A DNA stretch of 62,900 nucleotides, filler included, from Octopus bimaculoides (lineage: Eukaryota): assembly GCF_001194135.2 (NCBI RefSeq). It is 4 parts of 4 records of this genome, joined end to end, with 100 filler letters (N's around TTAATTAATTAA, not from the genome) between each part and the next. Parts side by side here need not be neighbours in the genome. Positions count along the whole stretch, not along the records: positions 14,333 to 44,575 come from NC_068996.1; 3 more parts are not named here. The stretch is one strand, 5' to 3'. Numbering within the stretch: the first letter of the stretch is position 1; each line of letters starts with the position of its first letter. Positions 23,860-37,954 of the stretch are shown here, piece by piece. The translations under genes were made by a program, and so were the position numbers. The notes below the pieces were generated by a model. The model was not told the origin of the DNA, did not search any database, and saw nothing but the letters and a program-made list of their open reading frames with translations.

Positions 23860-25053
23860 GCAGTGAGAGCTAGCAATGACCTTCACGAGACAGTGTGCCA
23901 AGTGACATTGCTGTTTTTACTTTGCAAGTTGTGAAATTTGTGTTTTTGTGATCATGTGTATGCTGTAGTCTGATTTTGTTATGGACAAGAAGTTGGAACA
24001 AAGAGCCAAAGTGAAGTTTTGCATTAAACTTGGGAAGTCTGCTACAGAGACATTGAGTATGCCTCAGTAAGCTTGCAGTGATGAAACAATGGGTCATATG
24101 TGATGTTTCACGTTGCATGGGCACTTCAGAAGCAGAAGACTGTCCCTGAAAGTTGATGAGTGATTTGGAAAACCTGCCATGAGTGTCATCCCTGGAAATG
24201 TGGAGAAAATTCATCAGCTTATGCAAGAGGATTGTCAGAGGACAATCAACAGCATTGCTGATGTTGCTCTGTTGTATGGCTCCATGCAAGTAATCCTAAC
24301 ATCTGAATTGAACATGCAGTGTGTCTCAGCCAAGCTTGTCCCCTGCCTGCTGACCACTGAGCAGAAAGAACATAGTGTCGAAGTCTGTCATGATCATTGT
24401 CAGTGTGTTGCTGATGACCCGTCCTTCGTGTTGAGAATCATCATTGGTGACGAGAGTTGGGTCTATGGGTGCCATCCTGAGGTGAAGCAGCAGTTATCAC
24501 AGTTGAAGAGACCTTCATCTCCATGACCGAAGATGGTACCACAGAGCCATAGCTCAATCAAGAATTTGTCCCCCAAGGCCAGACCATCAATCTAGAGTTC
24601 TACTATGACATTTTGAAGTGTTTGAGTGAGGGCATTTGGTGTAAGCAACCAGATCTGTGGAGCACAAAGAATTGGATTCTTCATGAAGACAATGCACCCT
24701 GTCACTGATCTCTCCTCATTTGTGAGTTTCTTGCCAAAAACAACATGGTATCACTTCCACACCCACTCTATTTGCCAGATTTAGCACCTATGGACTTCTG
24801 TCTCTTCCCCAAGATGAAAATGCAGCTCAAAGGCCACCATTTTAACACCATTGTTGAGATCAGGAAGGAATCTCAGAAGATCCTTGACTTGCTTACGGAA
24901 AATGGCTTCCAGGCTGAATTCCAAAAGTGGCAGAATACTGAGACGGGCATATTGCTGTGCACAGTGACTATTTCGAAGGAGATGATGTTAAAATTAGGTA
25001 AAGAAGTCTTTTTTTTTATTTAAAAAACTAGTCTGGGAACACTTTTTGATACC
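23860..25053 (+). pseudogene. Degenerate mariner transposase (ends lost in N gaps)
   Basis: EQRAKVKFCIKLGKSATET, SAKLVPCLLT, IIIGDESWVY and HPLYLPDLAPMDFCLFPKMK, with stops and frameshifts. Confidence 0.88.
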
Positions 25054-25382
25054 NNNNNNNNNNNNNNNNNNNNNNNNNNNNNNNNNNNNNNNNNNNNNNN
25101 NNNNNNNNNNNNNNNNNNNNNNNNNNNNNNNNNNNNNNNNNNNNNNNNNNNNNNNNNNNNNNNNNNNNNNNCCTTAATTAATCTCTCCTTGGCTCACCCT
25201 CCCTCCCCACATCTCTCACCACATTCCTCCCACCACCACCTGATACTGTCCTCTTGCTATTGATAACCAGCTCACTTGTTAGCCATTCTTCATTAATATT
25301 GATCTCTACACCCACGTTACATTGGCCATCCCATTCTCCACTCAGACCACAAAATTATCTCTCCTCATGCACTCTCCCTCCC

Positions 25383-25426
<44 letters not shown>

Positions 25427-26589
25427 CTCATGCAGTCTACCCAAACACATCATCTCTCTCCTCCCCCTGTCCACAGTATCATCATTACTACCCTGCTACT
25501 AGCATCCATTTAGCCTCCCCAACTTGTGCTTTTCTTCCTGCAACTCCTCCCAAGCTTTACTGCTGTTACCTACACCAACTCTTCTATTTCCTCTATCTCT
25601 TTCCTTCCACCATATATTCTTGCACTACCCCCCTCCCTCGCCTACTACTACTCACCTCATATTTTGTGGTGCCACCTGGACATCTCATTACCACTATTTA
25701 CTTCTTTGGAGACACAGTTTCATTTCCTAAATGCCAGTAGACATGTAGTTTCTCTACAACTTGGATCTGCTCTATCCTGACCTCTTCACTCATAACTTAA
25801 TCTCTCTATCCACCCAACTAATATAAGGATGAACCCTTTGCCATTCCTTGGGTTTTGTAGCTTTGTGAGCTGCATGGTGACTTCAGTGGTGCCAGTGGAA
25901 TGAAAAAGTACCCAGTACATACTATAAAATGATTAGCAATAGGAAGGGCATCCAGCTGCAGGAACCATACCAAAGCATGATGCAGTCTTTGGACCCATCA
26001 GATCCTTGTTTAACCATTCAATCAATGCCAGCATGGAACATGAACATTAAATGATGATGCTGAAGATATATGTGTATGTAAATGTTTGTATGTGTGTGTA
26101 TGTATTTATGTATATTTGTGTATATGTAAATATGTGTATGATGTATATATGTCTGTTTTCAGTACCTGGCTGGTAGTGAGATCATTATTATCAAACCAGT
26201 CTTTAAGTTTCTTCATTTTAAAACCAAGTGCATTGGCTCTCACTGAGTACACTTGAATTTCAAAGTCCTCCTGTGTTCCATCAAAATCCAAGTTTTTTGT
26301 TTAAGGTTTCACACACATCTGGCAATTTCAATTTTGTTACATCAATGTGCTTTAGTATCTTCATTCTAATTATACAAATTTGTCTATGGATTCATATTTT
26401 AACCTTTTTTTCATACCATCCTGTGATGTGTGTCACATTCTGTGTTTTATATTTCATGTACATTACATATGTAGCTAAGGTCACGTTTGTTTGGTGAAAG
26501 TCATTAATGTGATTTATTCTTAGAATCTGTGTAATCTTTTGCTTGAGTTTTTGATGAAAGCATGTGTTGCAGCTGACAGAGTCAAATTC

Positions 26590-28800
26590 TGAACAAAGTT
26601 CAAATAACTTCAAATCATTAGCGTTCACTTTATCGATGTTGTGACAGACATCATCCTTCGACCAACTTATGGTTTTGTCAGAACTTCATTGACAGTTCCT
26701 TTCCACACTACACGGTCCTGTATTGCTGTGTTCAGATCTCTCATATCCAGCCCTGAGTCCCGAGATAAAGTACCTGGAAATGTCAGTTTCCTGGAGAAAA
26801 CACTTCCAGAGGGATGCCATAGGAACAGGGATGAGGTAACCCCTTTCTTTGCTCGATGACAGTGGCCAGCAAATTGGAGCCATTTCTGTTTTAGCTTGAG
26901 GGATATTAGTATCAAATTTCCATAGATGTTACTAGGTGTTGAGTGTAATCTCCAGCTGATGTTCTATATCTTTCTGAGCAGGTTGGTATATGTTTCATCT
27001 AGTTGTTTTTCTAAGAAAGCCGATAAGGTTCAGGTCTCTGATCCATAGAAAAGGACCAGCTCAATTAGTGGAAGGTTTGAGTGCCAGATCTTATCAAGCA
27101 AGAGCGTTGCGGATGCAAAAGTCCTTTTGGGAGTCTACTATGTGTGATCCAAAATATTTGAAGTCATCAACGTTTTTGATTGATATATTATTGAGCAATT
27201 TAAGTTCAGTTAACTTGGAGGAGGTCGTGATAAACTCTGTCTTACTCTCGTTGCAGTAATGGCCAACCTGGTTTGCTGCTTTCTCCAATGCTTGTAACAA
27301 AGATTCTGCATCTTTAATACAATGGGATATCTAGGCAAGATCATCAGCAAAATCAAGATCAGTTAAATATTGTGCACAATGCCAACTGCTCTGGTGAGGA
27401 TTCAAAAGGAGTCCCTTTTCCTAGGGAAATGCGTAGAACATTGTCGAGAGCAATGATGAACAAGAAAGGAGCGAGTGTGTCACCCTGCAGAACACCTGCT
27501 TCAACTTCAAAGAAATCAGTCTCTCCATCAGGAGATATAACTGTGGCAGTGGTGTTTGTGTACAGTGCTCTGATAGCATCAACGATCCTGGGAGGAATAC
27601 CACAGAGGGCAAGGATTTTAAACATAAGATCTCTGTTGATCGAATCAAATGCTTTGTGAAAGTCGTCAAAACATATTGTGATGCACTTGTTAAGCATTTT
27701 CATTTTTCCAGTATGCAAGGGATAGAGAGGATTTGAGCAGTTGTTGACCGGCCCCTTCTAAATCCATTCTGATTCTTACAAAGTGGATCAAGCATATGTA
27801 CAATCCTATTAGGCAGAAGTTTATTATAAACTTTTGCTGCAGTAGGGATCAGAGTAATGCCTCTATAATTTGCTGCACTTGTTAGATCACATTTTTTGGG
27901 GACAGGGACAATTCAACCTTTCAACCAAGCTGATGGAGGCAAATGATGATGATGTGATGTTGCAGAAACCGAGTAAGGTTACATGAAATATTGGATCTTT
28001 CTACAGTAATGTTGGTATGTTATCAAGTCCTGGAGATTTATTCTTAGCAAAACTACTGAGAGCTACTTTGAGCTCATCCAATGTGAGAAGGTCCATGTTG
28101 ATGTCTAATACATTAGATATTTGGTGTAGAAGAAGTGGAAGACCGCTAGTTTGTGGTGGTTCTCCAAGAAGTTTCTGAAAGTGGTCAAACCAGTTGGCCT
28201 TGCGCTTCTCAGAGGAACCACCTGGTATGACAGCCAAGTACATTCCATGTCACATAGTCTCTACCAAGTCCTGCATTGAAATCACCAAGGATGATGAGTT
28301 TTCCATCAATTGTTGTGGATGTAATAGCAATATGAAAATTTCTTAGAAAATCATGATGGTCTCTTCACTGGCTTGGAGAGCTAGAGTATAAATTGACAAA
28401 CTCTCACATAACATCCGCATGAAAGAGGAAAGTGAAGCTTCATTATGCGATCAGTGATACTAAAAGGACACTCCAAATGTTCTGCCAAAGTTGTTCTGTT
28501 TGCAAAGCTGACACTACCCTCTCACTGTTCATGTTTTGGTTTGCCAATCCAAAAGTGTGTGTAGCCTGATACATCAGTAAACTGATCCACTTCAGAGAGA
28601 TCTGTTTCAAACAAAGCTGCAATATCTCTCTGTAGTCTTTGAAGTTTTTTACTCAGGACAATTAGATGAAGTTTGATCCGGTAGGGTCTAACAACAGTTA
28701 TTGATTTTAACTGTATCTTTTTTTTGCAAAAATATTTCAGTATGTCTTTCATCTTTCTAGTTGTTGCTTGAATGAAACACTGCTAGCTGCAGGAAGCTAG
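26590..28800 (-). mobile_element. RTE/RTE-X-type LINE remnant(s): RT plus APE endonuclease fragments
   Basis: Minus strand DFHKAFDSINR, GVLQGDTLAPFLFII and DLDFADDL; upstream LIILGDFNAG and DIAALFET..GYTHFWIG. May be a mosaic of two families. Confidence 0.85.
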
Positions 28801-29229
28801 CCAGTGTTGATGTGACAAGCAATGTTCAGTGCACTATTACTAACACCTCCCAGAAATTTGGGTGAGCAGAGGTATCCCTAAAAAGGGGGTGCTCAGTCAC
28901 AGGAGTCTTCACCAGAGTTGGTCTGTCACAGAAAGACACAACTACAAAGTGACTTATGCAGATTTGTAACAGTGTTTCTGACTAGTTAGGTTTTGTATAC
29001 ATCACCACTCTTGCATCATAGATGGAATGACAAGTGAGATCACCATTAAGAGACATTTGTATATCTTTGTATTACAGTGATGGTCACTTGTACTCTGCAA
29101 GTATTATTCTCTGAGATTTTGCAATTAGTACCCAGTGACAGATTGAAGTGAGATGACCAGTAATCATGTGAAACAGGTTTTGCAAACAGTGTTTCTCTTC
29201 TAGAAGGACACTATGATAGCAACTTGGTG

Positions 29230-29640
29230 GTTTTACTTGGATGGCATTTGACTCTCCTCAATCTAATCTGCCCTTTGATGGCTCTTGCTTTTCATCCCAC
29301 AGGGTGTCCAAAAACCACCCTACTCTACAAGCAGGCTTAATGCTGTTGCCTGTTTAGTCATTGATAACCTGACTGTGCAACAAGTTGTACTGGATACAAG
29401 GCTTGCATACTAACTGCTCTCTTGTACTCTTCCAAAAGATCTACTACACTGGAATCTCAAGCAGTTTGAGAGTTTTCATTAGAAATGTTTGAGACACATA
29501 CTCAGCATCAAGTGGCAAAGTAAAACACCTGACACAGAAGTCCTTCAGAAGGTAGAACACACAAGCAATGAGTCACTCATTGTATCTACTCAGATGTGTT
29601 GGGCAGGCAATGTCATACGTATGGAAGATATTAGAATTTC
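29230..29640 (+). mobile_element. RTE-BovB-like LINE C-terminal fragment
   Basis: LRHILSIKWQ..PDTEVL...QMCWAGNVIRMED. Confidence 0.7.
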
Positions 29641-30661
29641 AAAGTGGGATGGTTGGTGTTGGAAGGGCATCCAGCTGTAAAAACCATGCCAAAAACATAC
29701 AGTGAAAGCTGGTGCAGTCTTCTGCATAACCAGCCCCTGTCAAACTGTGCAATCCATGCTAGCATGGAAAACAGACATTAAATGATGATGATGTTCTACA
29801 ATGATCTGTCCACTGGAAAGGATCCTCAGTGCAAACCAAGAAAGAAGTAAGAAGACTGCATAAAAAGCAACCGGAAGGAACTATGAACCAATTTAAAGAA
29901 CCAGGAAGAACTATCTTTGGAAAGAGCTGCGTGGAAGAAACATAGAGAAGGTTGTGAAGCTTTTGTAGAGGGTCACCTTGAGCATGAAAGGCTGAAGCAT
30001 TGGCTTTAGAAGAGCTGTTACCAGAATTTCAATGAGGACATAAAGCGCTGGAGGTGTGAAATGTATGATCATGGACCCCTTTCTAAGGTTGGGTATGTCA
30101 ACCATTTGAAATCCTTGAAAAACCAACTGTATGTAACATCTTGTCCTAGGCAGGGTGATTCAACATACGTAATAAGTGAAAAAGTATCCAGGTGGATTTG
30201 GGGTCTGAAAAGATATGTGACAATACACAAAGTGCACATCTCACAAAGTGATACAAACAATCCAGTGAAAGTTATAACTTATGTCTCACTAATGCCTCAC
30301 ATCATGCAGATTTGTGGCGTTACTGAATAGTAGTCTAAGAGGTCATGGATGGAAAACCAGAAATGCCATTAACAATGTGGATGCACAGAGAGATGGCAAT
30401 TATCTGTGAAAATGGAGCAATCACCATGTTGTGTGAATGTATTATATGTGATTTAATATATGTATATCTTAGTATAATACACCTCTGTTTCAGTAGCACT
30501 TTAGTCACTTCGTCAAGCCTCCCTACTTTGTTCTTTTCTCAGGCTTTGGATTGCAGAAGCCATTTCATATTGTGAAATGTCGATAGATACTTCTAGTTGG
30601 TTTACCTCTTTCGTTTCTTGTTCAAAGTTGACAAATGTGTGTGTGTGTATGTATATATATA

Positions 30662-31825
30662 TCTACTACATATGTGGAAAATTGGTGTGTGTTTGTTTGT
30701 GGCGTTGTTAGCTAACTCCTCCTACATCGTTTTATTGATTTTGATGAAACTTGACACCTGAGTAGGACTCATGTCTGGAAACCTCGTGACATACTTAGAT
30801 TGTTGAAAAAAATCGATAATATGACTCCTGGAAGGGACCTTTATATCTACCTCATATAACTAATTTTTTTTTATGCACCAAAGGGAAATAACCCATAGCA
30901 CCTGTGCAATATTTTTTTAAACACTCAAGGGAAGTAGCCCATTTCCTTTTTATGTTCGATTACTTTGAATATTGATTTTTTGTATGTCCTATTTCTAATT
31001 TTTGCAGACAATATCACTTTTATACTTTATTTGACATGTGAGTAGAACTCATGTCTGAAAACCTTGTGACATACTTAGATTGTTGAAAAAATCGATAATA
31101 GGTCCCTTCCAATGGATCCTTCTATCTACTACATATTTAAACAACCCAAGAGAAATAACCCATACCACCTGCAGATATTAGCGAAGTAATCAATATTTGA
31201 TTCTCACAATCAGCCGACCTAATTCTGCATTTCACTACTTACAGTTTTGAATTGCTAAACATTATCATTACACTTTCTTAATTTGAATAAAGACTTCATT
31301 CATACATTTCTATACATACATACTTTTTTGAATGTCCATTTCTCCAATAATTCTGCATTTTTACAGTTACACTTTTTCCATGATAGTAGATAAATGTTTT
31401 ATTCCACAATGTATTTGTAGTGGTTTCATGCAGGCATAGCGTGGATTCGATCCTCGATTGCCAAATTTCACTTAACACTTCAATAGCATTTTTGTCACAG
31501 TAAAACGATAGTTTTTCTGTGAATGACAGCAAGTTATACATTTCCCAGATGCCTTCACTAAGCAGAATAATGTGTTTGTCTCTCGCCAACCTCCGCCAAC
31601 CTCTCTCACCAACACCCGACAATCTTTCTCGCCAACCTCTGAAAACCTCTCTTGCCAATCTCCAACAACCTCTCCCTCCTTCAGCTGACAGATTTTTGTA
31701 CATTTTCGTGACAAAAAATACACCTTTTGTGACAATTATAATGAAATTGCTTTCTTATATCAGAGCAATAAGGCATTTCAATAGAACATCTTTAGCCCCC
31801 GGGAATTACTGGGTACACCAGCTAG
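30662..31825 (+). mobile_element. Non-autonomous Helitron (Lep1-like)
   Basis: 5' TC after an A, 5' GTTT microsatellite, subterminal hairpin CCCGG-GAATTA-CTGGG (31798-31813), and 3' CTAG followed by T (A|T target). Confidence 0.7.
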
Positions 31826-32007
31826 TATATATATATATATATANNNNNNNNNNNNNNNNNNNNNNNNNNNNNNNNNNNNNNNNNNNNNNNNNNNNNNNNN
31901 NNNNNNNNNNNNNNNNNNNNNNNNNNNNNNNNNNNNNNNNNNNNNNNNNNNNNNNNNNNNNNNNNNNNNNNNNNNNNNNNNNNNNNNNNNNNNNNNNNNN
32001 NNNNNAA

Positions 32008-32038
<31 letters not shown>

Positions 32039-32999
32039 AACATATATATATATATATATGTATAATATATATGTGTGTGTGTGTATGCGCACACATACTT
32101 TTACTTATCCCAGCCAGAATCTCTGGCCATTCTGGGGCACTGCATATAATGTTATTGGTTTTTGTTTCATGCTAACTTCTCAGCTTTCTCTCTGGAACTG
32201 GTTCCAGTGAGATAGCAAGGTGGGCAGAACTACTCTTCATTGTGTTTCTGCTGCAATTTGGGTTCATCTGGTACCTCACATAAAGATTTGTTTGGACATT
32301 CTTTGAAGACTTCCACATTTATACATCTTAGATCACTAAGTTTGACTGGTGGGGTATTGAAAAGTTACAGGCCTTTGAAACCTAAACTGTTAAGGATCTT
32401 TTGTATAATGCAGTGGCATCCTGTTTTTGTAGTTGGTATAGTTTGCAATCCCAATGTTAGGAGCTAGCCCTTCCAGGATCTTACATATATCACCTAATAT
32501 CTTTCTTGTTTTCTCTATAAGGAGTAGGGTCTCAATTTTTTTTGCCTCCTCCAGTAGTTCATCTGTTGCACTAAGTCAATCTTCTTTGTGTAGTGGCATT
32601 GGATTGCCTTGAGTTGTGCTGTTAGTTTGACACTTTGTGGTAATTACTCTTGAGAAGTAATCTAGACAACTGAGAACAAATGTTCTCCATAGGTGCATCT
32701 AGGCAGCTGGTAACAAATATTCTCCATAGGAGAAACAATACAGTTTAGCCGAAATGGAGCTGGTTAGTGGGGAGCTGTCCAGGCTATAGCTGCCTGTTGT
32801 GGCATGGTTTCTGTGGCTGGATGCCCTTCCTAACACCAACCATTTAACAGTGTGTGCTGGATGCTTTTTATATGCCACTGTCATGGGTGCATTTATGCAA
32901 TACCAGCACAGGTGTGTTAATGCAGCACCAGCACAGGTGGTTTTTAAGTCACACCAGCACCTGAAAGGACAAATCTGTATGTGTGGAAGACAGCGATTT

Positions 33000-33870
33000 T
33001 AGTTACCTTGATGTGTCTTATCAAGCACAGCAAATCACTACATTTCTCGGTCCCTTGTCATTTCTTCAGGGAGGTCCAGTGTCCAAAAATACTTTCTCAC
33101 CCCTTCATCCCACATCTTGGTTCTATCCCTTCCACAGGTACCCTCCACAATTAGAGATCAGCGCATCTTTACACAGCTGTCCTCATCCATATGCATCATA
33201 TGACCAAACCAGCACAGTCTTCTCTCCTGCACACAACATCTGATGCCTCCTGTACCCAATTTTCCTCTTAAATCATTTTACACTCTGTCATGCTTGGACA
33301 CTGATATTACCCATCTAGTGGAGCATGCTAACTTCATTTCTTTTAAGCCTTTGCAAGTCCTTTGTAGTCAAAGCCCATGTTTCACTGTCATACACAGGCA
33401 TCATACAATCTACCTTTCACTCTGAGGGAAAGGCCTTTAGTTACCAACAAAGGTAGAAGCTCTATGAACTTTGCCCATCCTGTTCTACACTTTCAGAGCT
33501 TCCTCCACCACTGCTAACTTCGTCTCCTATGTAATAGAAGTTCTCTACTACTTCTAATGATCCCCGCAAGCATTTGTGGGAGTCTATTGCCTGCGCATTT
33601 TTAGTGCTTATTGTACCTGCACATTTGCCATATATAAGATAATTTCTCTGTTAACTTTCCTATGATACCACTATACAACTTCCAAAGCTTGCACTGGATA
33701 CAACGTATGGAGTTTTTATCAGCACTCTTCTTATGTACTGAGAGGGCCATCTCCCAGAAGGGACTTGTGGTTTGTCTGTTTTCCTACTTGTACTTTGGAT
33801 TTTTGTTGAATTAACTTTAAGGCCCTTAGATTCCAGGCCTTGTTTCCACACTTGAAATTTCTTCTCTAGG
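33000..33870 (-). mobile_element. RTE-type LINE C-terminal fragment (same family as 21700-23681)
   Basis: Minus strand WKQGLESKGLKVN and LVTKGLSLRVKGRLYDAC. Confidence 0.8.
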
Positions 33871-34799
33871 TTAGGTTATATGACCATTATTATTTAGATA
33901 CTCAAGTATTGAACAAGTAGATATTAGATAATTATGTAGTTAACAAATATAATGAAGTTAGTGGTAAGGTTACTAATAAATGGATGTTATGGTACTATAA
34001 TTGAATTGGTAATCACACAAATTAAGATAGTAAGTGCATTAAATTTATGATCTAAGAGATATAGTAGCTATGATTGCATTTCAGTTTGGAAATCATAACT
34101 GAGTATGAAGGAAAAATGAATAAAATAAGCAAGTAAAAGCAGAAAAATAAAAATAATATTGTCTAAAGAGTGCTAGTTTCCTTTTCGTAGTGTATCTGTG
34201 CTGTCCCACAATAGTTAAGTTTCTTAGATTGTGCAGGAAAGACATGCAGTAACATATGTGGACATTTAATAATTATCTCATCACATTGGTTAGCGAGATT
34301 CAATTTATACCTAATTCATAGATTTCAGATATGCACAAATTACATTTATCATTTCCATCCCTATAAAGTTGCACTGTGTGTGTATAATTTACCAAGCAAT
34401 TTCATAGGCATATTTTTATCAACAGCCATCCGTAGGAATTTTGGCTAATGATGTGAAATAAACCTTATTTCTAATTCTAAAGCTATTTTTGTGGTTGTGC
34501 AATCTAGATTTAAAGTAGTTAGATGTAGCACCAATATATACATGCACTTTACTAAGTGCATATACAAAACATAGACAATGTTTTTTCTAAGCAATGTTCA
34601 CCAAGGAATAAAGGGACCACTTTCTATGGTTGTAGGATTTATTCACTCTATTTAACCTATAGCACACTGATTTACCCCAAGAATAGTTTCCCCTGCCACT
34701 GCATTATTTTTGAGGGAACAAAAGACATGATCACCTGTTTTAAAATTGTAACTTTTGTTATATTGTGTGTACAGTCTTGATACTTTGCATGTTAATAAA

Positions 34800-35610
34800 G
34801 GAGTGGTTGTGTGGTAAGTAGCTTGCACTATTTGTCTGTTTTGGCATGGTTTGAACAGCTAGATGCTCTTCCTAATGTCAACCACTTTATAGAATGCACT
34901 GGGTGTCCCTTATGTGGTACTGGCATGAGTGCCTTTTATGTGGCATTGGCACTGGTCCTCTTTATGTGATGCTGGCACAGTTTCTCCTTACGTGGTGCCA
35001 GCACTAGTGCCTTTTACTTGGCACTGGTATGGGTGCTTTGTATGTGGGATTAGCATAGGTGTTTTTTCCATGGTGTTTGAATCATCATTTAACGTCCGCC
35101 TTCCATGCTGGCTTGGTGTGTGTGTGTGTGTGTGTGTGGGTTTTGACAGTCTAACCTGCACTAGACTTCCATGTCAGTTTTAGCAGGATTTTTATGGCTG
35201 GGTGCCCTTCTTAACACCAACCACCCAGCAAAGTGGACTAATCATCATCGTCGTTTAACGTCCGCATTCCATGCTGGCATGGGTTGGACGATTTGACTGA
35301 GGATTGGTGAGCCAGAGGTTGCACTAGGCTCAATCTGGTCTGGCAAAGTTTCTACAGCTGGATGCCCTTCCTAATGCCAACCACTTCGAGAGTGTAGTGG
35401 GTACTTTTTACATGCCACTGGCATGAGGGCCAGTCAGGCAGTTCTGGCAATGACCATGCTCATGCTCAAAAGGTGTTTTTACATGCTACCTGCACGAGGG
35501 CCAGTCTGGCAGCACTGGCAACGACCACGTTCAAATGTTGTTTTTCACATGCCACCAGCACGGGAGCCAAAACGTGGCCCTGGCAACGGTCACGCTCGGA
35601 TGTGTTTTCA
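34800..35610 (-). mobile_element. Nested LINE 3'-tail copies
   Basis: Several CATCATCGTTTAACGTCCGC..CCATGCT starts, reverse-complementary to the 10424-10906 tail. Confidence 0.75.
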
Positions 35611-35611
35611 A

Positions 35612-35667
<56 letters not shown>

Positions 35668-36379
35668 TATATCTATATCATTATCAATATTATTATTCAA
35701 GCAATATATAGTTATTAAATTATCTAATATTCAATTGGGTATATAACAAAATTTTAATATAGAAGAATTGCATACATTACTGAATTACCTGTCGAACTTC
35801 AATGCACATCGAATAGAGGTAAAATAGAAAGAAATACTGAAAGTTATCTTTGAAGAAAACTAGAAAATGAAATGCACATACTATTGACTAAAATGAAATA
35901 AACTCGCGTGCATGCATAAATATACAGAAACATGTGTAATAATGATTCACAATACAAAGTGATGAAAATTTGTCACTCATCTTACAGGGAAATTAAGATA
36001 AAAACAAGGTAAATTTGGAAAAAGTATTTAATTTATATAGATATACGGGGGGGGGGGGGATGTCCCTTTTGATGAAGATATTTGCAGCACTACCTTTTGT
36101 TACCCTTGATTTTTGTTTTCTAATTTATGGAGTTTGGCTGAATTCAGAGGGTTATCTTCTGGCAGGCTTTCATTTTTATCCCAATAGTTATTTTTATTTT
36201 GGATGTAAAACCTGCCACCAACTTCATTGCTACATTATCTTAGAACTGCCTCTCCTGATTTGGGATATACTCTAAACACGTTAATGCTCATATGTACTAT
36301 ATATCAACCCAAATATGACTGCCTTTTATTCCTGGCCTACCCAAAGAGTAATTTAAATAAAGGATCAAAGTTTGGTTCA

Positions 36380-36900
36380 TCATATGCTAGTGTCACTTAC
36401 ATGTAGATCCGTTGATAATTTAAAAACCTCAGTCCTTATTATAGTACTGGAAACATACTGGTCTCCAAAAGGTTCATTGTTATTTCAGTACTTTGTAATT
36501 TTGAGTAACTTTCTTATACCCATAATAATATTAGTCACAAAAGCGCTTAGATTTTGTCCAAGTATGTTGGTGATCACAAGGCATCTTTTTTTATCTCTTT
36601 GTTTATATTTTGCATAGCAATTTATTTCCACAGCAATTGTTTTGAACAAACTAGGAGGAAAAACATTTTTTTTAGAATAGTTTAATGGTTTTGTTTCCTG
36701 AGAAAGACTGTGACTAGGTCCAGTCAGTTCCAAAAAAATCATTAAAAAAACACAATAGATTCCTAACATGTGCAAGTTAATTTTCTTTGTCACTATTGAA
36801 GCTATCATCAGAATCACTGGTTTCACTCCCAGAAATTGATATATCTGATTCACAAGTACATCACATAGCTTTTGTGTTCACTATATATTTTGCTTGATTT
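36380..36900 (-). pseudogene. Degenerate piggyBac-like (PGBD) transposase N-terminal fragment
   Basis: Acidic patch SGSETSDSDDSFNSDKEN, then FPPSLFKTIAVEINCYA...LSAFVTNIIMGIRKLLKITKY...DLHVSD, resembling the piggyBac F...L...IV.ETN.YA...AF.G..I.MG...LP.I..YW pattern. Confidence 0.6.
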
Positions 36901-37559
36901 TTCCATCTCTTCTGTTGAAAATCTTTCAAATCCTGATTCACTGCTAGACAACATGAAACTGGTATCCATTTTTCATCAGTATTATAAGTTTTCAGAAAAT
37001 CTAAAATGTGGAGAAAAAAAAAAAGCCTCCAAAAATTCATAAAGCTCTCAGATATCACTTCAAACAATGCTAGGTATTGTAACTCGATTGTTTGTGTAGT
37101 TAAGTCATGTGTTTTCATGACTATTACTGAGATTTGCACTGAAATTTTCATGTAAATATGAAAAGGTTATTTTTGTGCTTTTGGTTTGTAACATAAACTA
37201 AAAAAATTCTCAGGTGGCTTCAGGCAGGTTGATAACAAAAGAGTTTATGACCTCTGATGTCAGTATGGTCAGTGATCTTGTTCTTGTTATAATTTTTTTT
37301 TCTTTGGTCATACCTATCTAGGTTTGAGAAAGATATTACTTGATACATCCAGGGTAGGGTTTGGTTTATTTTTATTTTTTCTGTACCATGTATTGTGTGG
37401 AATATAAAGTTGTTAAGTTGCATAATGGGAAATGTGTATATATTTGGATCTTTCAGCATGTCAGTGTATTTATTGAAGAACACTGATGAGGTGGAGTGCA
37501 AGATTATGTAATGTTTCAACTGTTATGTAATTATTACAATATTTTGGTGAAACATGTAC

Positions 37560-37920
37560 ACACACATTCCCATTCACATATGAAGGTAAAGACTCCCTCC
37601 AGTCATGAATGACCATGGGATTGCAGCTAGAAAGTTCCCCTACAAGGCACAAGTCTGGGCAAGGTTGTTTATTGAAGAACAGCAGTTGCCCATGCATACC
37701 AGCCTTCTTTCCATGTCACTGACATTATCCAAGAGAAAGGCAAAGGCCAATACAGCTTGGCACCAATGATATTGCAACTCATTTCTACAGCTGAGTGAAC
37801 TGGAGCAATGTAAAATAAAGTGTCTTGCTCAAGAACACAACACATAACCTGGTTGGGGAATCAAACTTGCTACCTCATAACTGAGCCCAATGCTCTAACC
37901 ACTGAACCATGCGCCTTCAC
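37560..37920 (-). mobile_element. tRNA-derived SINE (third family)
   Basis: Minus-strand head GTGAAGGCGCATGGTTCAGTGGTTAGAGC and core TCTTGAGCAAGACAC; a related partial copy lies at about 45090-45375. Confidence 0.7.
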
Positions 37921-37954
37921 TTATATTTATTCACACTCACATATATTTATATAT

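Noticed and set aside
35783-35840. Possible 48-nt antisense micro-exon (AG…GTAATT on the minus strand) in TDRD3 intron 1
   Set aside because: Such site pairs arise by chance in 20 kb, and there is no supporting exon or homology.
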